Source: Ranitomeya imitator (taxonomy: Eukaryota). From it: a stretch of DNA of 64,000 bases. Below are positions 1-8,068 of this stretch, in pieces. The notes beneath the pieces were generated by a model. It saw only the letters and a program-made list of their open reading frames with translations. It was not told the DNA's origin and made no database searches. Made by a program: the position numbers and the translations under genes. Every line of letters starts with the position of its first letter. Within the stretch, counting starts at the first letter, position 1. The stretch spans positions 19,344,001 through 19,408,000 of the forward strand of contig NC_091284.1 of NCBI RefSeq assembly GCF_032444005.1, in the 5' to 3' direction.

Positions 1-66
1 CTATCCTGTGAGGTGCACATACTTTCACGCTGGATAAGAGGATGTTCTTTTTTTATTATTTTAGCA

Positions 67-147
67 TTAGAAATGTAGGAAATACCAATCTTCATTTTTG
101 TTATATTTGTGGCATTGTTCTTCCTTCTCTTCCTTCTTTGGAAGTTT
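67..147 (-). CDS. Candidate terminal coding exon of an unidentified minus-strand gene (KLPKKEEKEEQCHKYNKNEDWYFLHF* if phase 0)
   Basis: Minus strand reads tttgtgctttatttgtaccttgttAG|AAACTTCC..., TAA at 69-67, AATAAA at 57-52. No recognisable homology; phase unknown. Confidence 0.25.
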   Translation of the reverse strand, partial: KLPKKEEKEEQCHKYNKNEDWYFLHF

Positions 148-950
148 CTAACAAGGTACAAATAAAGCACAAATTAAGGCTTAAGACATCGTCTCCAACA
201 AATAATAAAGCTCTGCCTTAACCCGAGCTGGCGGGGTTCCCATTAGCGTTCCGTTCTTTACTCTAAATACACGGCTTTGTACTTTACAGCCCTTTATAAT
301 TTTCGGGCTTGGCGTATGAGTGCAGTAATACGTAGGCCTTTTATGCTGCATTTGGGCGGCACGCAGGGCTGTGAATGCTGCTCAGTATGGAGCCTTTGCC
401 TTGGATCCATTCTCTGAGAATCCGAGGGTCTTGGCTGTAATTTCTCGATGGGTATTTGATAAAAGAGCGGAGACGTGAGAGTGGGGAAGTGCTGCGTGTT
501 ACTGGCATATGGGATTATTTCCATTTCTTTTTTAACCAGGAGACTGTTTTACATTATTGAGACATTTTATGGATAATATTGCACCAAAGAGCACAGAACC
601 GTTTTTTTTGATGGACCCTAAAAACACTCGCCCTACTCCATAATTTAGAATTTTCATTATTTACTTAAGGGTCTTCTTAATCTGAAGTTCTTGGACCCTC
701 AACAAGGGTCCTTCTCCCAACATGTCCATTTTAGTCCCATTAATGTGAATTTCTGGAGCTACATCTATTGGGCGGGATACAGACATGACCCCTTCATCAA
801 AGAACGATGGTCACATTGTTGGATCCTGTCTAATTTAACATTGGCGGGCCATTAATATTGAGCCCCTTACACACTTGGCCATTTTTTTGTTTTTTGCACT
901 TTTGTTTTGCTTTTGCTTTTTTTCTGAGCCATATTATCTATGTATATATT

Positions 951-2111
951 CAGTTGGGAAAATACCATAAGTATTTGTTACGCTGCCGATTTTGTAAGTT
1001 TTCCCACCTATAAAGAACGGAGAGGTCTGTAATTTTTTATCGTAGGTACACTTCACCTGTGAGAGTCAGAATCTAACAATAAAAACCAGAAAATTACATT
1101 GCATAATTAATTTGCACCGTGGGGTAAGGATGATTCCGAGAAAGGTCAGTAATTAGCCCAGAACTATACGGGAGGACCTGGTCAATGACCTGAAGGGAGC
1201 TGGGACCACAGTCTCAAACATCACCGTTAGTAACACACTGCGCCGTCACTGCGTCCCTCTGCTCACACCAGCACATGTCCAGGACTATGTGAAGTTCGCC
1301 AATGACCATCTGGATGATCCAAAAGAGGCATGGGAGAAGGTCATATGGTCAGATGACAACAAAATATAACTTTTCAGTATCAACTCGACTCGCCGTGTTT
1401 GGAGGAAGAAGAAGGATGATACAACCCCAAGAACACCATCCCAACCAAGAAGCATGATGGGGGAAAACATCATACTTTGGGGGTGATTTTCTGCAAAGGG
1501 GACAGGACGACTGCACCGTATAGAAGGGGGGATGGATGGGGTCATGTATCACGAGATTTTGGCCAACAACCTCCTTCCCTTGGTAAAAGCATTAAAGATG
1601 GGTCGTGGCTGGGTCTTCCAGCACGACAATGACCCAAAACACAGCCAAGGCAACTAAGGAGCAGCTCCATAGAAGCATTTCAAGGTCCTGGAGTAACCTA
1701 GCCCGTGTCAAGACCTGAAGCAAAAGAAAATCTTTGGAGGAAGCTGAAACTCAATGTTACCCAACGACAGCCCCGAAAACTGAAAGATCTGGAGAAGATC
1801 TGTATGGAGGAGGGGGCCAAAATCCCTGCTGCAGTGTGTGGTCAAGAACTACAGGAAACGTCCGACCTCTGTAATTACAGACCTAGGTTTCTGGACCAAA
1901 TATTTTCTATTGTATCAAATACTTTATCATGCAATAAAATACAAATTAATTATGAAAAAATCCTACAATGTGATTTCCTGTTTTTAATTTTTTGATTCTG
2001 TCTCTCACAGGTGAAGTGCACCTACGATAAAAATTACAGATCTCTCCATTATTTGTAACTGGGAAAACTTGCTAAATTGACAGTGCATTCAAATACTTAT
2101 TTTCCCCACTG
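951..2111 (+). mobile_element. Degenerate, internally deleted Tc1-like transposon
   Basis: Ends cagttgggaaaata.../...tattttccccactg|TA with ~200-bp decayed TIRs; broken transposase remnants [36 protein letters not shown] with stops and frameshifts; N-terminal part missing. Related to the 5460-7065 element. Confidence 0.9.
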
Positions 2112-2562
2112 TATATATAATACTTATGCATGACTATAAGCTGTGTGAGGGCTTGTGTTTTGTTACGGGCTGAATAATAATTTTAATTATTCCATTAATT
2201 CAACCACACAGTGTACTAAAAATAGAAATGAATATCCAAATGATGAAAAATTGTCTTCCATGCCACTGCTGCTTTATTAGTAAGATTATACATACATGCT
2301 AGCCACCTTAGGGAGAGACCCAAGTTGGGCTAAATGTAGCGGGACGAAAGAGACCGAAAAGCCCTCTACTTAAAGGAAATACATAGTGGATGCTTTCCTG
2401 AAACGGAAAGTACTTGCAAGCAGCATAATACAAAGAATAGCAGGTTTACCCAGAATCCTTTGCAGTAGGCGGAGCTATGCAAATCATCTCTTTCCACCCC
2501 TGTCTAATCCACAGCGCTTGGAATCGCCAAGCGTGCAATGCTGCGGATTAGTTTCTAAATTT

Positions 2563-2647
2563 ACACAGCCAACCAATTCCTACCTGTGGACACGTGTTTC
2601 GGGCTTTAGGCCCTCATCAGCACAGGGCTGGAATTGGTTGGCTGTAT
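2563..2647 (-). ncRNA. Type I hammerhead ribozyme, copy 1 (predicted cleavage GUC| between 2589 and 2588)
   Basis: Minus 2626->2583: CCUGUG CUGAUGA GGGC CUAAA GCCC GAAA CACGU GUC CACAGG. Full CUGANGA/GAAA/NUH core, 6-bp stem I, 4-bp stem II, palindromic stem III (ACACGUGU). Stem I extended by 18 bp (2647-2630 with 2580-2563, one G.U) beyond an AGC/UA internal loop. Confidence 0.93.
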
Positions 2648-2946
2648 GGAGTGGGGCTCGGTGAGCAAGCGATACATACATGCTAGCCACCTTAGGGAGA
2701 GACCCAAGTTGGGCTAAATGTAGCGGGACGAAAGAGACCGAAAAGCCCTCTACTTAAAGGAAATACATAGTGGATGCTTTCCTGAAACGGAAAGTACTTG
2801 CAAGCAGCATAATACAAAGAATAGCAGGTTTACCCAGAATCCTTTGCAGTAGGCGGAGCTATGCAAATCATCTCTTTCCACCCCTGTCTAATCCACAGCG
2901 CTTGGAATCGCCAAGCGTGCAATGCTGCGGATTAGTTTCTAAATTT

Positions 2947-3031
2947 ACACAGCCAACCAATTCCTACCTGTGGACACGTGTTTCGGGCTTTAGGCCCTCA
3001 TCAGCACAGGGCTGGAATTGGTTGGCTGTAT
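2947..3031 (-). ncRNA. Type I hammerhead ribozyme, copy 2 (cleavage between 2973 and 2972)
   Basis: Same sequence as copy 1, offset +384. Confidence 0.93.
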
Positions 3032-3074
3032 GGAGTGGGGCTCGGTGAGCAAGCGATACATACATGCTAGCCAC

Positions 3075-3085
3075 CTTAGGGAGAG
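3075..3085 (-). promoter_or_regulatory. PSE-like motif CTCTCCCTAAG (also 2307-2317, 2691-2701, 3459-3469)
   Basis: Resembles Xenopus U1/U2 PSE cores as I recall them (CTCTCCTTATG / CTCTCCCCATG; from memory, verify). Lies ~45-60 nt upstream of the hammerhead 5' arm and ~160 nt downstream of the octamer on the minus strand. Confidence 0.5.
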
Positions 3086-3213
3086 ACCCAAGTTGGGCTA
3101 AATGTAGCGGGACGAAAGAGACCGAAAAGCCCTCTACTTAAAGGAAATACATAGTGGATGCTTTCCTGAAACGGAAAGTACTTGCAAGCAGCATAATACA
3201 AAGAATAGCAGGT

Positions 3214-3252
3214 TTACCCAGAATCCTTTGCAGTAGGCGGAGCTATGCAAAT
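3214..3252. promoter_or_regulatory. snRNA-type distal element: Staf/ZNF143 (SPH) site plus octamer (also 2446-2484 and 2830-2868)
   Basis: TTACCCAGAATCCTTTGCA (3214-3232) is 18/19 to the SPH consensus YYWCCCRNMATSCMYYRCR; perfect ATGCAAAT at 3245-3252; AGGCGGAG between them. Confidence 0.7.
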
Positions 3253-3330
3253 CATCTCTTTCCACCCCTGTCTAATCCACAGCGCTTGGAATCGCCAAGC
3301 GTGCAATGCTGCGGATTAGTTTCTAAATTT

Positions 3331-3415
3331 ACACAGCCAACCAATTCCTACCTGTGGACACGTGTTTCGGGCTTTAGGCCCTCATCAGCACAGGGCTGGA
3401 ATTGGTTGGCTGTAT
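3331..3415 (-). ncRNA. Type I hammerhead ribozyme, copy 3 (cleavage between 3357 and 3356)
   Basis: Same sequence as copy 1, offset +768. Confidence 0.93.
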
Positions 3416-3584
3416 GGAGTGGGGCTCGGTGAGCAAGCGATACATACATGCTAGCCACCTTAGGGAGAGACCCAAGTTGGGCTAAATGTAGCGGGACGAA
3501 AGAGACCGAAAAGCCCTCTACTTAAAGGAAATACATAGTGGATGCTTTCCTGAAACGGAAAGTAAGTAAGATTAGTAAGATTAT

Positions 3585-4150
3585 GTCATCCCAGAGCTAA
3601 ATGATCAGCTACACTGTTCAGTACTGTTATATAATGACCCCAGTGATGTTGCTTTATAATAAATGCTTATATCATCTCAGAGCTGTGTTCACAGTTACAC
3701 TGCTCAATTCTGCTGTATAATATTCCCCATGCTGCTGCTTTCTAGAAAGTGTTTATTGAACCTCAGAGCTGTATTCACAGATACACTGCTCAGTTGTCCT
3801 GCTGTGTAATGTCCACCACGAGGCTGCTTTCTAATAAGCGTTTATCTCACCTCAAAGCTGCAGGCACACATACGCTGCTCAGTACTGCTGTATATTGTCC
3901 TCCATTTTGCTTCTGGTTCTGAACATCTGCTAAATAGATAGACAAGAGCAGGAATCCCTCACGTCTGTGTGTGCTGTTTACGGGAGAGATCACAGCACCT
4001 AATCTCTACCCACCAGCTCAAAGATATTAAAAAATGTACAAATAGAACTGATGAAAACTTAAAGATACAATTAATATAATGGTTACAAATAGTGTTATTC
4101 CTCATGTGCACACAAATGACAGCTTCTTCTGACCAGTTAGCTGCAAAAGC
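3585..4150. repeat. Non-autonomous dispersed repeat with internal ~86-bp diverged units; host of the retrozyme insertion (left part ~2200-2287)
   Basis: cagagct...cagctacactgctcagt...ctgtataat motif recurs at 3592, 3678, 3764, 3853; same family at 16880-17880. Confidence 0.6.
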
Positions 4151-5137
4151 AGGTACCCATTAAATATGGGGCACAGCTGCCACTCTACGTATGACCTGTA
4201 TACATGTTTGGCTCTGTTTTAGGAGAAATCAGCTATGTTTTGTAATACAAAAGAGCACAGTGAGGTCAAAAATACTCTGTTGTAAAAAAAAATCACAGTA
4301 AAAAGCAAGTGCTTGTCAAAAGACGGAAAAAGCAGGGTATTTAGTTGATACTTTTTTTTGCAAAAAAATGTATACTAAGCTGCTCCACCAAACGTCAAGG
4401 TATACCCATATAGAGCAGTCATACCTAATATATCTAATCCCTATCTGATGTATTTAAAAACCTGATCACCTGTATAGTACCTGTATAAGCAGGGTTCAGT
4501 GACGGAATATCCATGTGGACGTGCTGGATGGAACAGCTTACATGCAAATGTGACCTACAGAGGAGTGGTGAACATCCCCTACAAGCTAAAGGCACCCAGG
4601 TCCTAGATTTATGTCAGTGCTTTAACTCACAATAATGGGGGACTCATAGGTGAAATTTTGTGTGTATACAGTATCTGTATATGTATCAGATCCTAACATT
4701 TGTGTTGTTGCTGGATCCTTGTGTTTAGAACCCTAATATGGAACCTCTAAGACCTGAGGAAGGATTTCCATAATCTCCCTGTCTCTTTCCGACAGAGGGT
4801 CTACAACAGGTTAAATATTTCTGCATGCCCCCCCTCTGTCTCAGCTGTTAAAATGCATAAAAATGGAACAAGCTTAACAAAAACGGAAGTGACTCCTTGG
4901 TGAAAGCAACAAAAGAACAAAACCTTGTTTACAAAAAGAATCCATTAACCAGGAAAATGGATGAAATGTTTCAAGGTTTGTGACTCACAGCGAGAGCGTA
5001 AAGTCGCCGCGCATTGTGAATCACGAAGCTGCTCCGACAGCAGGTCGGGAACTTCCTGCTTTGCTGTTTAGGGATTGTCCTTGATAATGTCCATAATCCG
5101 GAGATATTTGTAGCGGCAGCATTATGTGGACACCTAC

Positions 5138-5163
5138 CTCTGGAATCAGCAGCGCCAAACACT
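5138..5163 (-). CDS. Candidate 26-nt microexon
   Basis: Minus: long pyrimidine-rich tract ...gtttcctacatgaccttcAG|AGTGTTTGGCGCTGCTGATTCCAGAG|GTaggtg. Splice signals only, no homology recognised. Confidence 0.3.
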
Positions 5164-5459
5164 CTGAAGGTCATGTAGGAAACGGTGAGCAGAGGAGCGT
5201 TCAGAAGAAGCAAAATGCGAAGGCGTCCCAGGCAAAATCATTGTATGTACGACACATTGGTTTCATATATATATACAATATATATACTGTATACAGTCTG
5301 ATAAATGAATGATGAGCTTCCGTCTTTTATACATAGGGAATCACAAGTGTTTTGTGCCAATTACAGCTCATATAGGTGGAGTGAGGGCCCACCAGGGAAT
5401 TCCCCTTTTATCCTGTTAGCCAGTCCGAACTTTAAACTGTAGATATATATATATATATA

Positions 5460-7062
5460 CAGTGGGGCAAAAAAGTATTTAGTCAGTCAGCAATAGTGCA
5501 AGTTCCACCACTTAAAAAGATGAGAGGCGTCTGTAATTTACATCATAGGTAGACCTCAACTATGGGAGACAAACTGAGAGAAAAAAATCCAGAAAATCAC
5601 ATTGTCTGTTTTTTTAACATTTTATTTGCATATTATGGTGGAAAATAAGTATTTGGTCAGAAACAAACAATCAAGATTTCTGGCTCTCACAGACCTGTAA
5701 CTTCTTCTTTAAGAGTCTCCTCTTTCCTCCACTCATTACCTGTAGTAATGGCACCTGTTTAAACTTGTTATTAGTATAAAAAGACACCTGTGCACACCCT
5801 CAAACAGTCTGACTCCAGACTCCACTATGGTGAAGACCAAAGAGCTGTCAAAGGACACCAGAAACAAAATTGTAGCCCTGCACCAGGCTGGGAAGACTGA
5901 ATCTGCAATAGCCAACCAGCTTGGAGTGAAGAAATCAACAGTGGGAGCAATAATTAGAAAATGGAAGACATACAAGACCACTGATAATCTCCCTCGATCT
6001 GGGGCTCCACGCAAAATCCCACCCCGTGGGGTCAGAATGATCACAAGAACGGTGAGCAAAAATCCCAGAACCACGCGGGGGGACCTAGTGAATGAACTGC
6101 AGAGAGCTGGGACCAATGTAACAAGGCCTACCATAAGTAACACACTACACCACCATGGACTCAGATCCTGCAGTGCCAGACGTGTCCCACTGCTTAAGCC
6201 AGTACATGTCCGGGCCCGTCTGAAGTTTGCTAGAGAGCATTTGGATGATCCAGAGGAGTTTTGGGAGAATGTCCTATGGTCTGATGAAACCAAACTGGAA
6301 CTGTTTGGTAGAAACACAACTTGTCGTGTTTGGAGGAAAAAGAATACTGAGTTGCATCCATCAAACACCATACCTACTGTAAAGCATGGTGGTGGAAACA
6401 TCATGTTTTGGGGCTGTTTCTCTGCAAAGGGGCCAGGACGACTGATCCGGGTACATGAAAGAATGAATGGGGCCATGTATCGTGAGATTTTGAGTGCAAA
6501 CCTCCTTCCATCAGCAAGGGCATTGAAGATGAAACGTGGCTGGGTCTTTCAACATGACAATGATCCAAAGCACACCGCCAGGGCAATGAAAGAGTGGCTT
6601 CGTAAGAAGCATTTCAAGGTCCTGGAGTGGCCTAGCCAGTCTGCAGATCTCAACCCTATAGAAAACCTTTGGAGGGAGTTGAAAGTCCGTGTTGCCAAGC
6701 GAAAAGCCAAAAACATCACTGCTCTAGAGGAGATCTGCATGGAGGAATGGGCCAACATACCAACAACAGTGTGTGGCAACCTTGTGAAGACTTACAGAAA
6801 ACGTTTGACCTCTGTCATTGCCAACAAAGGATATATTACAAAGTATTGAGATGAAATTTTGTTTCTGACCAAATACTTATTTTCCACCATAATATGCAAA
6901 TAAAATGTTAAAAAAACAGACAATGTGATTTTCTGGATTTTTTTTTCTCAGTTTGTCTCCCATAGTTGAGGTCTACCTATGATGTAAATTACAGACGCCT
7001 CTCATCTTTTTAAGTGGTGGAACTTGCACTATTGCTGACTGACTAAATACTTTTTTGCCCCA

Positions 7063-7065
<3 letters not shown>
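5460..7065 (+). mobile_element. Full-length Tc1-like (IR/DR type) DNA transposon, 1606 bp
   Basis: 208-bp TIRs (5460-5667, 6858-7065) differing at one position by eye; TA on both sides within (TA)n; outer/inner direct repeats (aaaagtatttagtcag / ataagtatttggtcag); intact transposase. Confidence 0.98.
5827..6849 (+). CDS. Tc1 DD34E transposase, 340 aa, uninterrupted
   Basis: Paired-like HTH N-terminus, GRPRK-like motif (GAPRK), [14 protein letters not shown] and DLNPIENLW with exactly 34 residues between the second D and E. Confidence 0.97.
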   Translation: MVKTKELSKDTRNKIVALHQAGKTESAIANQLGVKKSTVGAIIRKWKTYKTTDNLPRSGAPRKIPPRGVRMITRTVSKNPRTTRGDLVNELQRAGTNVTRPTISNTLHHHGLRSCSARRVPLLKPVHVRARLKFAREHLDDPEEFWENVLWSDETKLELFGRNTTCRVWRKKNTELHPSNTIPTVKHGGGNIMFWGCFSAKGPGRLIRVHERMNGAMYREILSANLLPSARALKMKRGWVFQHDNDPKHTARAMKEWLRKKHFKVLEWPSQSADLNPIENLWRELKVRVAKRKAKNITALEEICMEEWANIPTTVCGNLVKTYRKRLTSVIANKGYITKY

Positions 7066-7094
<29 letters not shown>

Positions 7095-7540
7095 CCTAAC
7101 CCAGAGTTTGGAAAGAGAGAGACATGAAGGGGTCAGAGGCATCAGGAGAAGGACAGGATGGTCTGGACCTGGTGGAGATAGGTAGGTTTGGAGGGGGGCT
7201 GAGGAGTGTGGAATGGGGTGAATGAGTCTGGAGGGTACAGAGAGGTCAGTAGATATCAGAGGCGTTTGTAGGGAACAAAGATGGTTGTGGGGGGGCAGGA
7301 TGTCTAGTGGGTGCAGGAGGAGTACAGAGGGGTTTTGGAGGAGACCAGAGGACTCTGGAGGGTACAGAGGAGTCAGTAGAGATCAGACATGTCTGTAGGG
7401 AGCAAAGGTGTCTGGAGAAAGTAAAGGGTATGGAGGAGACAGAGGCATCTGGTGGGGGACAGAGAGGCCTGGAGGTAACAGAAGTGTTTCAAGGAGCACG
7501 TAGGGGTTAAAGGAGACCAGAGTTTTCTGGAGGGACTGAT

Positions 7541-8068
7541 GAGTTTGGGTGGGACAGACGTATCTGGAGAGGAGAAGTATCTACAGGAGGTAGAGGTATC
7601 TGGAGGGGACAGAGGAGTTTGGGTGGAACAGAGGTATCTGGAGAGGATAAGTATCTACAGGAGGTAGAGGTATCTGGAGGGGAGAAAGGAGTTTGGGTGG
7701 GACAGAGGTATCTGGAGAGGAAAAGTGTCTACAGGAGGTAGAGGTATCTGGAGGGGACAGAAGAGTTTGGGTGGGACAGAGGTATCTAGAGAGGAGAAGT
7801 ATCTACAGGAGGTAGAGGTATCTGGAGGGGACAGAGGAGTTTGGGTGGGACAGAGGTATCTGGAGAGGAGAAGTATCTACAGGAGGTAGAGGTATCTGGA
7901 GGGGACAGAGGAGTTTGGGTGGGACAGACGTATCTGGAGAGGAGAAGTATCTACAGGAGGTAGAGGTATCTGGAGGGGACAGAGGAGTTTGGGTGGGACA
8001 GACGTATCTGGAGAGGAGAAGTATCTACAGGAGGTAGAGGTATCTGGAGGGGGCTGAGGAGTTTAGAG
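7541..8068. repeat. 74-bp purine-rich minisatellite, ~7 copies, with decayed upstream flank from ~7130
   Basis: gagtttgggtgggacagaggtatctggagaggagaagtatctacaggaggtagaggtatctggaggggacagag repeated at 74-bp period (7541, 7615...). Confidence 0.9.

Larger units (their letters stand above)
2288..3564 (-). mobile_element. 384-bp x ~3.3 tandem retrozyme / satellite-2-like insertion
   Basis: Exact 384-bp period (2386/2770/3154/3538), no differences seen by eye between copies; flanked by duplicated ATTAGTAAGATTAT (2276-2289 and 3571-3584); hammerhead in every full unit. Confidence 0.85.

Noticed and set aside
294-524. 76-aa minus ORF and alternative + strand exon readings
   Set aside because: No convincing splice pair or recognisable homology in any frame.
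2386-3432. Three identical 92-aa ORFs in the 384-bp units
   Set aside because: GTG start, no recognisable domain, antisense to the ribozyme and overlapping promoter motifs; identity only reflects the repeat.
5736-6854. ORFs 5736-6476, 6401-6586, 6549-6779, 6669-6854 (and 1285-1995 set)
   Set aside because: Antisense or off-frame shadows of Tc1 transposase sequence.
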